The position numbers were made by a program, and so were the translations under genes. Below, piece after piece: positions 31,220-42,864 of a stretch of DNA of 64,000 nt. Under the pieces are notes generated by a model that searched no databases, was not told the DNA's origin, and saw nothing but the letters and a program-made list of their open reading frames with translations. The DNA lies in assembly GCF_021246445.1 (NCBI RefSeq), contig NZ_JAJQXW010000005.1, forward strand, positions 1 through 64,000, written 5' to 3'. This DNA comes from Rhabdothermincola salaria (lineage in GTDB: Bacteria > Actinomycetota > Acidimicrobiia > Acidimicrobiales > Acidimicrobilacustridaceae). Each line of letters starts with the position of its first letter. Position 1 is the first letter of the stretch.

Positions 31220-31851
31220 CCTCGTCCTCGTCCCCTCCGCCGCCCTCGGAGCCCCGCCCGCCCCGATCGGCGCCGCTCGTCGACCTGGTGGTCGAGCCCA
31301 TGCGGCGGCGCCACCTCCGAGGGGTGATGCGCATCGACGCGGCGACGTCCTCGACCCCGTGGTCGCTGGGGCTCTTCGTGGCCGAGCTGGGTCGCGGCGA
31401 CGAGCGCGTCTACCTGGTGGCCCGCGCTGCCGGTCGGGTGGTCGGCTACGCCGGCGCCCTGCTGGTGGCCGGCGAGGCCCACATCACCACCATCGCCGTC
31501 GACCCCGACCACCAGGGCGGGGCCGTGGGCCGCCGCCTGCTGGCGGTGCTCATCCGCCGGGTGCTCGAGCTCGGCACCGTGGCCGTCACGCTCGAGGTGC
31601 GCACCTCCAACGAGGCGGCCAAGGCGTTGTACCGCCGGTTCGGGTTCGTGCCCGCCGGCGTGCGCAAGGGCTACTACTCCAAGCCCACCGAGGACGCGCT
31701 CGTCCTGTGGGCCCACGACGTCGACACCCCCGAGTACGCGGCGCGCCTCGCCGCCATCGAAGCGGCCCTGCCGACCCCGCTCGTCACCGTCGGGCTCCCC
31801 GGCCCCTCGTCGCCCGCCGCCGTCCCCACCCCGGAAGGACCCCCCTCGTGA
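31216..31851 (+). CDS. rimI: RimI-type N-acetyltransferase
   Basis: AHITTIAV, LEVRTSN..A..LY..FGF...RKGYY...EDA; between tsaB and tsaD. Confidence 0.9.
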   Translation: MTSSSSPPPPSEPRPPRSAPLVDLVVEPMRRRHLRGVMRIDAATSSTPWSLGLFVAELGRGDERVYLVARAAGRVVGYAGALLVAGEAHITTIAVDPDHQGGAVGRRLLAVLIRRVLELGTVAVTLEVRTSNEAAKALYRRFGFVPAGVRKGYYSKPTEDALVLWAHDVDTPEYAARLAAIEAALPTPLVTVGLPGPSSPAAVPTPEGPPS

Positions 31852-32855
31852 CCGGTCAACGCATCCTCGGCATCGAGACCAGCTGCGACGAGACCGCCGC
31901 GGCCGTCGTCGTCGACGGCCGAGACGTGCTCTCGTCGGTGGTGTCGAGCCAGGTCGACCTGCACGCCCGCTTCGGCGGGGTCGTGCCCGAGATCGCCAGC
32001 CGGGCCCACGTGGAGCTGCTCACGCCCGTCGTGGCCCGGGCGCTGGTGGAGGCCGGCATCGACGACGACCACGTCGACGCGGTGGCCGCCACCGTCGGGC
32101 CGGGGCTCATCGGGGCGCTGCTGGTGGGCGTGAGCGCGGCCAAGACCCTGGCCCTGGTCTGGGGGGTGCCCTTCGTGGCCGTGAACCACCTGGAGGCCCA
32201 CCTCTACGCCGCCCTGCTCGAGGAGCCGGACCTGGATCTGCCGGTGGTGGTGCTGCTCGTCTCGGGCGGCCACACCCTGGTGGTGCTGATGGAGGGCCGC
32301 GGCCGCTACCGCATCCTCGGCTCGACCATCGACGACGCCGCCGGCGAGGCCTTCGACAAGGTCGCCCGCTACCTGGGCCTCGGGTACCCCGGCGGTCCCG
32401 CCATCGACCGCATCGCCATGGAGGGTGACCCGCAGGCCATCGCCTTCCCCCGGGCCATCCTCGACGAGGGCTACGACTTCTCGTTCTCGGGCCTCAAGAC
32501 GGCCGTGGTGAACCACGTCCGCAAGCACCCGGACGTCGACACCGCCGACGTGGCCGCCTCGTTCCAGGAGGCGGTGGTCGACGTGCTGGTCACCAAGGCC
32601 CGTCGGGCCGCCCGGGACCACGGGGCCAAGGGGCTGTGCCTGGCGGGTGGGGTGGCGGCCAACTCCCAGCTGCGCGAGCGCATCCTCGACGCCTGCATGG
32701 CCGACGGCCTGCAGGCCTTCCTGCCCAGCCGGTCGATGTGCACCGACAACGCCGCCATGGTGGCCGCCGCCGGCTGGTACCGGCTCCGCTCCGACGGGCC
32801 CAGCCCGCTCGACACGGGCGCCTCACCGAACCTGCGGCTCACCTCCACGGTCTGA
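31848..32855 (+). CDS. tsaD: t6A biosynthesis protein TsaD
   Basis: GIETSCDET, HLEAH, SGGHT, DDAAGEAFDK, TDNAAM. Confidence 0.97.
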   Translation: MTGQRILGIETSCDETAAAVVVDGRDVLSSVVSSQVDLHARFGGVVPEIASRAHVELLTPVVARALVEAGIDDDHVDAVAATVGPGLIGALLVGVSAAKTLALVWGVPFVAVNHLEAHLYAALLEEPDLDLPVVVLLVSGGHTLVVLMEGRGRYRILGSTIDDAAGEAFDKVARYLGLGYPGGPAIDRIAMEGDPQAIAFPRAILDEGYDFSFSGLKTAVVNHVRKHPDVDTADVAASFQEAVVDVLVTKARRAARDHGAKGLCLAGGVAANSQLRERILDACMADGLQAFLPSRSMCTDNAAMVAAAGWYRLRSDGPSPLDTGASPNLRLTSTV

Positions 32856-32867
32856 CGGCGAGTGGGG

Positions 32868-32896
32868 TTGCCCCCTGCTCGCACCGCGCCTATCGT
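32868..32896 (+). promoter_or_regulatory. groESL promoter
   Basis: TTGCCC-17 nt-TATCGT abutting CIRCE. Confidence 0.7.
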
Positions 32897-32946
32897 TAGC
32901 ACTCGGTCAGCGAGAGTGCTAAGCGCTCTCGGCCCGAGAGTGCTAG
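32896..32946. promoter_or_regulatory. Two overlapping CIRCE (HrcA) operators
   Basis: Perfect TTAGCACTC-N9-GAGTGCTAA (32896-32922) plus degenerate TAAGCGCTC-N9-GAGTGCTAG (32920-32946). Confidence 0.93.
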
Positions 32947-32972
32947 ATACCCCGCCAACGGAGGCGCCGTAC

Positions 32973-34933
<1,961 letters not shown>

Positions 34934-34979
34934 CCCAGGCTCCGGCCTGAGCACACCCGCTCGAACCCGAAGAACCCGA

Positions 34980-35011
34980 ACGGAGGGGCCGGCTCAGCCC
35001 GGCCCCTCCGT
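34980..35011 (+). terminator. Hairpin after groEL
   Basis: 13-bp stem ACGGAGGGGCCGG/CCGGCCCCTCCGT, 6-nt loop. Confidence 0.75.
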
Positions 35012-35085
35012 CGCGTCCGGGCCCGGGTTCGCTCGCCGACACGATGCGGGGTCCGGGACGGGGCCGGGCTCGGTAACCTCCGATC

Positions 35086-35247
35086 ATGGAGATCCCGCCC
35101 CCTGACCCCGAGAAGCTGCTGGCCGCCTGGATGGAGTGGGAGCGCGGTGAGGTGAACCCCGGTCGGGCCATGGCCAACCTCAAGACCGCGGGGATGCCCG
35201 ATCTGTTGCGCCAGCTCGTCGAGGCCTTGGCCGAGACGTCCGACTGA
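35086..35247 (+). CDS. Small hypothetical protein (53 aa), missing from ORF track
   Basis: MEIPPPDPEKLLAAWMEWERGEVNPGRAMANLKTAGMPDLLRQLVEALAETSD*; host-like codon use; TAACCT 6 nt before ATG. Confidence 0.7.
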   Translation: MEIPPPDPEKLLAAWMEWERGEVNPGRAMANLKTAGMPDLLRQLVEALAETSD

Positions 35248-35267
35248 CCGGCGGCGCGGTCTCGGCC

Positions 35268-36002
35268 ATGCCCGCGCGGGGCGGACGCCAGGTCATCCCC
35301 CGGCCGAACTCGGTTCGGCCCGGTCGGCCCGCGCCCTGGGCCGGGCTCCCCGCCGGACGGTTGCAGCCCAGCCTCGACGACGTGGTGGCGGCCATGGCCT
35401 CCGCCCCCCCGCCTCGACCCTCCGATCGCGAGGGCCCGGGGGTCCGCGCCTCGGCCGTGCTGGCCGCCCTGTACGAGTTCGACGGCGAGGCGGTGGTGGT
35501 GCTCACCCGCCGGGCGCAGCACATGCGCAGCCACCGGGGCGAGGTGGCCTTCCCCGGAGGACGCCAGGAGCCGGGCGAGGACCTGTGGGACACAGCGCTC
35601 CGCGAAGCCAACGAGGAGGTCGACCTCGATCCGGCCGACGTCGAGCTGCTCGGCGAGCTCGACCACCTCCGCACCGTCACGAGCCACTCGTTCATCGCCC
35701 CCTACGTGGCCCGCCTGGCGGGTCGCCCCCAGCTGACCCCGTCCCCGGACGAGGTCGAGCACGTCCTGCACGTCCCCCTCGCCGTGCTGCTGGCGCCGGA
35801 CGTGTTCCGCGAGGAGCGCTGGGGCATCCCGCCGATGGACCGGCCCATCTACTTCTTCGAGGTGGTGGGCGACACCATCTGGGGGGCCACCGGAGCCATG
35901 TTGCGCAACCTGCTGGGCGTGGTCACGGGCACCTACGACCCCGACGACCATCCGCCCCCATGGGGCGCCCTGCCCGGCGAAGACCGCCACGACCACGCCT
36001 GA
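35268..36002 (+). CDS. Nudix hydrolase, CoA pyrophosphatase (NudL/PCD1-like)
   Basis: LTRR...SHRGEVAFPGG, TALREANEEV, IWGATG. Confidence 0.88.
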   Translation: MPARGGRQVIPRPNSVRPGRPAPWAGLPAGRLQPSLDDVVAAMASAPPPRPSDREGPGVRASAVLAALYEFDGEAVVVLTRRAQHMRSHRGEVAFPGGRQEPGEDLWDTALREANEEVDLDPADVELLGELDHLRTVTSHSFIAPYVARLAGRPQLTPSPDEVEHVLHVPLAVLLAPDVFREERWGIPPMDRPIYFFEVVGDTIWGATGAMLRNLLGVVTGTYDPDDHPPPWGALPGEDRHDHA

Positions 36003-36048
36003 GCGCGAGCCCCGAGCGTGACCGGCGGGTGGGGGCTACCGTGCGGCC

Positions 36049-36438
36049 ATGGCCCGGTTGACCTTCGAAGCCGACACCCACGGAGAGCTCGTCGCCCAGG
36101 TGCGGGCGTGGCTGGCCTCGGTCGAGAACACCGACGGCCCCATCTCGGTGGCCGACGCCATCTCCCAGGGGGCCGGGCTGACCAAGGACGCCCTGCGCAT
36201 CATCGCCGCCGCGGCGCCTGCGCCGGTGGCCCAGAGCGATGTCGTGAAGTCGCTCACGGGCATGGGCTACAAGGTCACCGACTCCACCTCGAAGGCCCTC
36301 GTCGACGGCCTCCAGAGCGTGGAAGCCCTGACGGGCGGCAGCGTCATCGAGCAGGTCTCCGACCGGGGCCGGGCCACCCTGTGGAGCATGAACCAGAAGG
36401 TGGCCAAGCAGGTCCTGCGGACCCTCGCCGGGAGCTGA
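36049..36438 (+). CDS. Hypothetical protein
   Basis: 129-aa ORF with host-like codon use; TACCGT-N6-ATG. Confidence 0.75.
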   Translation: MARLTFEADTHGELVAQVRAWLASVENTDGPISVADAISQGAGLTKDALRIIAAAAPAPVAQSDVVKSLTGMGYKVTDSTSKALVDGLQSVEALTGGSVIEQVSDRGRATLWSMNQKVAKQVLRTLAGS

Positions 36439-36585
36439 TCGGCGGCGGCGGGACGGGCCCCGCAGCGGGCTCGGGCCTCGTCGGCGGACGGGGTAGACTC
36501 CCACCCTTCCAGCGGAGTGGGGCCCCTCACGGGCTCGGCCTCTGCTGTTCTCTCGCAGCGACACACCCAGTGAAGGGACTCTGAC

Positions 36586-37749
36586 ATGGCCGAGGTCGAG
36601 ATCGGGATGGGCAAGTCGGGGCGTCGCGCCTACGGCTTCGACGACATCGCCATCGTTCCCAGTCGCCGCACCCGCGATCCCGAGGACGTCGACATCTCCT
36701 GGGAGATCGACGCCTTCCGCTTCGAGCTCCCCCTCATGGGCTCGGCCATGGACGGGGTCATCAGCCCCGCCACCGCCATCGAGATGGGCCGCCTCGGCGG
36801 CGTCGGCGTGCTCAACCTCGAGGGCCTCTGGACCCGTTACGAGGATCCCGAGCCGCTGTTCGAGGAGATCGCCGAGCTGCCCACCGACAAGGCCACCGCC
36901 CGGATGCAGCAGATGTACAGCGAGCCCATCAAGCTCGAGCTGGTGGGTCAGCGCATCCGTGAGATCAAGGACGCCGGCGTGGTCAGCTGCGCCTCGGTCA
37001 CCCCGCAGCGCACGGCGGCGCTGGCCTCCGAGATCGTCGACGCCGAGCTCGACCTGCTCGTCATCCAGGGCACCGTGGTCTCGGCCGAGCACGTGTCCAA
37101 GACGGTCGAGCCGCTCAACCTCAAGAAGTTCGTCCGCGAGATCGACATCCCGGTCATCGTCGGCGGGTGCGCCAGCTACCAGGCCGCCCTGCACCTCATG
37201 CGCACCGGTGCCGCCGGTGTGCTCGTCGGCGTCGGCCCCGGCCACGCCTGCACCACCCGGGGCGTGCTCGGCATCGGTGTCCCCCAGGCCACCGCCATCG
37301 CCGACGCCAAGTCGGCCCGCATGCGCCACCTCGACGAGACCGGCGTCTACTGCCAGGTCATCGCGGACGGCGGCATGGGCACGGGCGGCGACATCGCCAA
37401 GGCCATCGTCTGCGGCGCCGACGCCGTCATGATCGGCTCCCCGCTGGCCACGGCCGCCGAGGCGCCGGGCCGGGGGTACCACTGGGGCATGGCCACCTTC
37501 CACCCCACGCTGCCCCGCGGCGCTCGGGTCAAGACCACCACCCGGGGCACCCTCGAGGAGATCTTGGTGGGCCCGGCCCACGAGAACGACGGTCGCATGA
37601 ACCTGTTCGGCGCCTTGCGCACCTCCATGGCCACCTGCGGCTACGAGACGGTCAAGGAGTTCCAGAAGGCCGAGGTCATGGTCGCCCCGGCGCTCATGAC
37701 CGAGGGCAAGAACCTCCAGAAGTCCCAGGGTGTGGGGATGGGCCACTGA
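36586..37749 (+). CDS. guaB3: GuaB3-family IMP dehydrogenase-related protein
   Basis: [45 protein letters not shown]; upstream of guaA. Confidence 0.9.
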   Translation: MAEVEIGMGKSGRRAYGFDDIAIVPSRRTRDPEDVDISWEIDAFRFELPLMGSAMDGVISPATAIEMGRLGGVGVLNLEGLWTRYEDPEPLFEEIAELPTDKATARMQQMYSEPIKLELVGQRIREIKDAGVVSCASVTPQRTAALASEIVDAELDLLVIQGTVVSAEHVSKTVEPLNLKKFVREIDIPVIVGGCASYQAALHLMRTGAAGVLVGVGPGHACTTRGVLGIGVPQATAIADAKSARMRHLDETGVYCQVIADGGMGTGGDIAKAIVCGADAVMIGSPLATAAEAPGRGYHWGMATFHPTLPRGARVKTTTRGTLEEILVGPAHENDGRMNLFGALRTSMATCGYETVKEFQKAEVMVAPALMTEGKNLQKSQGVGMGH

Positions 37750-37804
37750 GCGGCGCGGTGCCGGTTCCGCCCTCCACTCCTCCAGCCGACCTCACGGACC
37801 TCGA

Positions 37805-39355
37805 ATGACCGAACCAGTGCGGCCCGCCGACCCCGTCCTGGTGGTCGACTTCGGGGCCCAGTACGCCCAGCTCATCGCCCGCCGGGTGCGTGAGGCCCAC
37901 GTCTACTCCGAGATCGTCCCGCACTCCCTGAGCGCGGCCGAGATCGCCGAGCGGTCGCCACGGGGCATCGTGCTCTCGGGCGGCCCGGCGTCGGTGCACG
38001 TCGAGGGCGCACCCTCCATCGACCCGGGGGTCTACGAGCTCGGCGTGCCCATCCTGGGCATCTGCTACGGAGCCCAGCTCCTCGCCCGCGACCTCGGTGG
38101 CGAGGTGGCTCGCACCGGCCGGGGCGAGTACGGCCGCACCGATCTCGACGTCGTCGACCAGCAGGTGCTGTTCGGGCCGGCGCAACCGTCGCACCAGCCG
38201 GTGTGGATGAGCCACTTCGACACCATCACTGCGCCCCCTGCTGGGGCCACGGTCACGGCCTCCACCCCGGACACCCCGGCGGCCGCCTTCGAGGACGTCG
38301 ACGCCAAGGTCTACGGGGTGCAGTTCCACCCCGAGGTCGTCCACACGCCGCACGGCCAGGAGGTGCTCGAGCACTTCTTGTACGACGCCTGCGGGCTGGC
38401 CCCGGGCTGGACGATGACGTCGATCATCGAGACCCAGGTGGCCGCCATCCGAGCCCAGGTCGGCGATGGTCGCGCCATCTGCGGGTTGTCCGGCGGCGTC
38501 GACTCCGCCGTGGCCGCGGCGTTGGTGCACAAGGCCATCGGCGGCCAGCTCACCTGCGTGTTCGTCGACACCGGGCTCATGCGCCAGGGCGAGGGCGAGC
38601 AGGTGGTGGAGACGTTTCGGCGCCACCAGGGCATCGAGCTCATCCACGTGCGGGCCGGCGACCGCTTCTTCGAGAAGCTGGCCGGCGTCACCGATCCGGA
38701 GGACAAGCGCAAGGCCATCGGCGAGCTGTTCATCCGGGTCTTCGAGGACGCGGCCGGTGGGCTCTCCGACGCCAAGTACCTCGTGCAGGGCACGCTCTAC
38801 CCCGACGTCATCGAATCGGGCACCAAGGACGCAGCCAAGATCAAGAGCCACCACAACGTGGGTGGTCTGCCCGACGACATGGACTTCGAGCTCGTCGAGC
38901 CGTTGCGGGCGCTGTTCAAGGACGAGGTGCGCAAGGTCGGCACCGAGCTCGGCCTCCCCGACGAGATCGTGTGGCGCCAGCCCTTCCCGGGCCCGGGCCT
39001 GGGGGTGCGCATCATCGGCGAGGTCACCCCCGAGAAGGTGGCCATGCTGCAGCGGGCCGACGCCATCGTGCGCGAGGAGGTGAAGTCTGCCGGCCTCGAG
39101 CGCGAGATCTGGCAGGCCTTCGCCGTGCTGCCCGACATTCGATCGGTCGGCGTGATGGGCGACGAGCGCACCTACGGCCACCCGATCATCATCCGGGCGG
39201 TCACCAGCGAAGACGCCATGACGGCGGACTGGGCCCGGCTCCCCTACGAGCTGCTCGAGACCATGTCGGGCCGCATCATCAACGAGGTGGCGGGCATCAA
39301 CCGGGTGGCCTACGACGTCACCTCCAAGCCCCCCGGCACCATCGAGTGGGAGTGA
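37805..39355 (+). CDS. guaA: GMP synthase (glutamine-hydrolysing)
   Basis: [40 protein letters not shown]. Confidence 0.98.
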   Translation: MTEPVRPADPVLVVDFGAQYAQLIARRVREAHVYSEIVPHSLSAAEIAERSPRGIVLSGGPASVHVEGAPSIDPGVYELGVPILGICYGAQLLARDLGGEVARTGRGEYGRTDLDVVDQQVLFGPAQPSHQPVWMSHFDTITAPPAGATVTASTPDTPAAAFEDVDAKVYGVQFHPEVVHTPHGQEVLEHFLYDACGLAPGWTMTSIIETQVAAIRAQVGDGRAICGLSGGVDSAVAAALVHKAIGGQLTCVFVDTGLMRQGEGEQVVETFRRHQGIELIHVRAGDRFFEKLAGVTDPEDKRKAIGELFIRVFEDAAGGLSDAKYLVQGTLYPDVIESGTKDAAKIKSHHNVGGLPDDMDFELVEPLRALFKDEVRKVGTELGLPDEIVWRQPFPGPGLGVRIIGEVTPEKVAMLQRADAIVREEVKSAGLEREIWQAFAVLPDIRSVGVMGDERTYGHPIIIRAVTSEDAMTADWARLPYELLETMSGRIINEVAGINRVAYDVTSKPPGTIEWE

Positions 39356-39402
39356 ACGCCCCCGTCTGAGGGCGGTCCCCCGTCGCTGGTACGTTCGCTG
39401 CG

Positions 39403-40644
39403 ATGGACCTGGGGGCGAGCGAGGCGATCTCGGCGAAGTACTCGACGCGGGCGCGCCTCTTCGCTCCTCCGCTCGGGAGCGCACCGGCCGACGGGGTGCG
39501 GATCAACTTCGACCAGGGCCTGCCCGACCCGTCGCTGTTCCCGATCGACGAGCTGCGGCGCTGCCTCGACGCCACCCTCGCGGAGGACGGGGACGAGGCG
39601 CTGCGCTACTTCGGCGCCGGTGGTCCCGAGGAGATGCAGTACGGGCACCTGGGTCTGCGCGCCGAGCTGGCCCGCCGGTTGGCCGAGCGCGACGAGCGGG
39701 CGCTCGACCCCGCAGGCGTCACCTTGGTCAACGGCTCCACCGACGGGTTGGCCCTGGTGGCCAACGCCTTCCTCGGCCCCGGCGACGGCGCGGTGATCGA
39801 GGCGCTGACGTACCCGCACACGCGGCGCTTCATCGCCGCCACCGGAGCGACGGTCCGCACCGTGCCGGTCGACGACGACGGCATGGTCGTCGACGCCCTG
39901 CCCCAGGTCCTCGACGAGCTCCGGGCCGAGGGGTGCACCCCGAAGCTGGTCGCCACCATCCCGACCTTCCACGCTCCCACCGGCACGGTGCTCCCCGTCC
40001 ACCGCCGTCGGGCGCTGGTCGACATGGCCGTCGAGCACGACGTGATGGTGCTCGAGGACAACTGCTACTACCACTTCGGCTACGACACGGCCCCACCCCC
40101 GACGCTGCGGTCCTTCGACGAGCAGGGTGTCGTGATCCAGTCGGACAGCTTCTCGAAGTACGTGGCCCCCGGGCTCCGCCTGGCCTGGGTGGCCGGCCAC
40201 CCGGCGGCCGTCGAAGGGGTGGTGCGGGCCCGTCAGGATTTCTCGGTCAGCGCCCTGCTGGCCCGCGCGATCGAGCGCTTCTGCCGCAGCGGCGACTTCG
40301 ATCGCCACATCGAGCTGCTCCGCGCGCGCTATCGCCACAAGCGCGACGTCACCACCGCCGCCCTCCGGGAGCACTGCGAACCGCTCGTGGCATTCCGCGA
40401 GCCGGCGGGTGGCTTCTACTTCTGGCTGCGGGTCGCCGACGACGTCGACTGGCTGCACGCTCGTGAGCTGGCCGCCGCCGACGGCGTGGCGGTCCGCCCC
40501 GGGGATCAGTTCGTCGACGGCGACGCTGGCCCCCGCTTCGTGCGGCTCTCGCCGATCCAGGTCCCCGACGCCGAGATCGAGCCCGGCATCGCGCTGCTGG
40601 GCCGGGCGCTGCGGGCGGCTCGGCGAGACCACGCCCGGTCGTAG
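39403..40644 (+). CDS. PLP-dependent aminotransferase class I/II (MocR/Aro8-like catalytic domain)
   Basis: GLPDPSLFP, FHAPTG, EDNCY, SFSKYVAPGLRLAW. Confidence 0.88.
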   Translation: MDLGASEAISAKYSTRARLFAPPLGSAPADGVRINFDQGLPDPSLFPIDELRRCLDATLAEDGDEALRYFGAGGPEEMQYGHLGLRAELARRLAERDERALDPAGVTLVNGSTDGLALVANAFLGPGDGAVIEALTYPHTRRFIAATGATVRTVPVDDDGMVVDALPQVLDELRAEGCTPKLVATIPTFHAPTGTVLPVHRRRALVDMAVEHDVMVLEDNCYYHFGYDTAPPPTLRSFDEQGVVIQSDSFSKYVAPGLRLAWVAGHPAAVEGVVRARQDFSVSALLARAIERFCRSGDFDRHIELLRARYRHKRDVTTAALREHCEPLVAFREPAGGFYFWLRVADDVDWLHARELAAADGVAVRPGDQFVDGDAGPRFVRLSPIQVPDAEIEPGIALLGRALRAARRDHARS

Positions 40645-40653
40645 GCTCGGCCC

Positions 40654-41022
40654 ATGGCTGCTGGCGCTCCCCTCCCATCCGATGCCGACCCCCTCGCCGT
40701 GGCCGAGGCCTTCGTGGCGGCGTGGGACGCCCACGACCTGGAGGCCACCCTGGCGCTCGTCACCGACGACTGCGTGTTCGAGTCGGCGCGGCCGGCCAGC
40801 AACGGGGCCCGGGTCCAGGGTCGCGACGAGCTCCGACGGGTGTGGGGGCCGAGCTTCGGCGCCGGTGGGGGGTCGATGGAGACCGAGGCCACCTTCGCGG
40901 CGGGCGAGCGGGTGGTGCAGCAGTGGCGCTTCGTCGACGGCGACCGCGTGGTGCGGGGGGTCGACCTGCTCCGCGTCCGCGACGGGCGCATCTGCGAGAA
41001 GCTGGGCTACGTGAAGGCCTGA
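40654..41022 (+). CDS. SnoaL/NTF2-like protein
   Basis: FVAAWDAHDL...DDCVF, GERVVQQW, RGVDLLRVRDGRI. Confidence 0.82.
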   Translation: MAAGAPLPSDADPLAVAEAFVAAWDAHDLEATLALVTDDCVFESARPASNGARVQGRDELRRVWGPSFGAGGGSMETEATFAAGERVVQQWRFVDGDRVVRGVDLLRVRDGRICEKLGYVKA

Positions 41023-41063
41023 TCGTCGGCCTGGCCGCCCGGCAGGGCCTGGCGCCGAGTTAC

Positions 41064-41092
41064 TGGACATAGTCAGACAAGCTTCCTAGGGT
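41064..41092 (+). promoter_or_regulatory. Putative leaderless promoter of the marR operon
   Basis: TGGACA-17 nt-TAGGGT, 6 nt before ATG 41099. Confidence 0.6.
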
Positions 41093-41098
41093 GGCGCC

Positions 41099-41632
41099 AT
41101 GGGCCGGACGAGCAGCGATGTGGTCGGGGCCGAGCAGGCCCTCGAGCGGCTCTTCCGCCTCACCGTGAGCCGCCGCATGTACAGCCGCCAGTCCGCGGCC
41201 GTGGGCGCGGTCGTCACCCGCGCCGGCTACGCCGTGCTGCGCAGCGTCGACCAGGCGGGCGAGCTCACCATGACCGAGCTGGCCCGCGAGTGCTCCATGG
41301 ACCCGGCGGCGGCCGGCCGTCAGGTCCGTTCCCTCACCGAGGACGGCCTCGTCGAGCGCCGCTCGGGGGCCGACGACGCCCGGGTGACCGTGGTGCGCCT
41401 CACCCCCGAGGGCCGCGACGTCTACCGCCGCATCGTGGCCGTGCGCACCGCCCACCTCGACGAGGTGCTGTCGGGCTGGAGCGCCGAGGACCGCACTGCG
41501 CTCACCACCCTCGTCGATCGCCTCGTCGACGACCTCAAGGCGGTGCCGTTCCGGCCCGCCCCCACCGCCACCCGAGCCACGCCAGCCACCCCAGCCACCC
41601 CAGCCACCCCAGCCACCGAGGAGCGCCCATGA
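41099..41632 (+). CDS. MarR-family transcriptional regulator
   Basis: TMTELA...VRSLTEDGLVERR...DARVTVVRLTPEG; (PAT)n tail from a 9-bp repeat. Confidence 0.9.
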   Translation: MGRTSSDVVGAEQALERLFRLTVSRRMYSRQSAAVGAVVTRAGYAVLRSVDQAGELTMTELARECSMDPAAAGRQVRSLTEDGLVERRSGADDARVTVVRLTPEGRDVYRRIVAVRTAHLDEVLSGWSAEDRTALTTLVDRLVDDLKAVPFRPAPTATRATPATPATPATPATEERP

Positions 41633-42864
41633 GCCGCATCCAGTCCGACCGCCGCATCGACTACGCCGGGTCGGTGCACGACGAGCGCGAGATCGACGCG
41701 GTCGTCGCGGTCCTGCGCGGGGGCCCCACCGCCATGCGCATCGGCCGCAACGTCAAGGCCATGGAGCAACGCGTCGCCGAGCTGTTCGGCAAGCGCCGGG
41801 GGGTCATGTGCAACTCGGGGAGCTCGGCGCTCTACCTCGCCGTCGAGGTCCTCGGTCTCGAACCGGGCGACGAGATCCTCACCTCGGCCGTCACCTTCTC
41901 CACCGACATCGCGCCCATGATCAGGGCCGGCCTGGTGCCGGTGTTCGTCGACGTCACCCCCGACACCTTCCAGATCGACGTCGACGCCATCGAGGCGATG
42001 ATCGGGCCGCGCACCAAGGCCATCCTCGCCCCCAACCTCATCGGCAACGCCCCCGACTGGGATCGCATCCGCGAGATCGCCGACCGTCACGGGCTCAAGG
42101 TGATCGAGGACTCCTGCGACGCCCTGGGCCTCACCCTCCGGGGCACCCCCACCGGCACCCGGGCCGACATCAGCCTCACCAGCTTCGCCCTCAGCCACAT
42201 CATCACCGCGGCCGGCACCGGAGGCATGGTCTGCTTCGACGACGACGACATGGCCGACAAGGCGCTGCTGCTGCGGCGTTGGGGCCGGCGCAGCGAGGTC
42301 CAGCTGTTCGGGTCCACGAAGGGGGTCGAGCGCAGCTTCTTCAGCACCATCGACGACGGCCTCGAGTACGACAACCTCTTCATCTTCGACGAGGTCGGTT
42401 GGAACTTCGAGCCCTCCGAGCTGTCGGCCGCCTTCGGTCTCGTCCAGCTCGACAAGCTCGCCGACAACCTGGTCCGTCGCCAGCAGAACTTCGAGATCAC
42501 CGGGTCGTACTTCGCGCGGTACCCGCACCTGTTCACCATGCCTCGCCTCACCGAGGGCGTGGAGACGGGCTGGCACATGTTCCCGGCGCTGATCGAGCCC
42601 GACTCCGGCATCCGCCGCAGCGAGCTGCAGCAGTGGATGGAGCGCAACGGGGTGGACACCCGCATGGTCTGGACGGGCAACGCCACCCGCCAGCCTGCGT
42701 TCCGGGACAAGCCGCACCGGGCCCCCGAAGGGGGCCTGCCCAACGCCGATCGGGTCATGGAGTGGGGGATCATCCTGCCCAACAACCACTCCATGGACGA
42801 CGACGACTGCCACTACATGGGCCAGACCCTCGAGGGCTTCCTGGCCGAGAAGGGACTCATCTGA
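41629..42864 (+). CDS. DegT/DnrJ/EryC1/StrS family PLP/PMP enzyme, ColD/RfbH-like (His at catalytic position)
   Basis: NSGSSALYLA, GDEIL, PVFVD, IEDSCDALG, SFALSHIIT. Confidence 0.85.
   Translation: MSRIQSDRRIDYAGSVHDEREIDAVVAVLRGGPTAMRIGRNVKAMEQRVAELFGKRRGVMCNSGSSALYLAVEVLGLEPGDEILTSAVTFSTDIAPMIRAGLVPVFVDVTPDTFQIDVDAIEAMIGPRTKAILAPNLIGNAPDWDRIREIADRHGLKVIEDSCDALGLTLRGTPTGTRADISLTSFALSHIITAAGTGGMVCFDDDDMADKALLLRRWGRRSEVQLFGSTKGVERSFFSTIDDGLEYDNLFIFDEVGWNFEPSELSAAFGLVQLDKLADNLVRRQQNFEITGSYFARYPHLFTMPRLTEGVETGWHMFPALIEPDSGIRRSELQQWMERNGVDTRMVWTGNATRQPAFRDKPHRAPEGGLPNADRVMEWGIILPNNHSMDDDDCHYMGQTLEGFLAEKGLI

Noticed and set aside
41570..41617. (PAT)n tail of MarR as a functional domain
   Set aside because: Simple 9-bp tandem expansion (CCAGCCACC) near the gene end; probably neutral.
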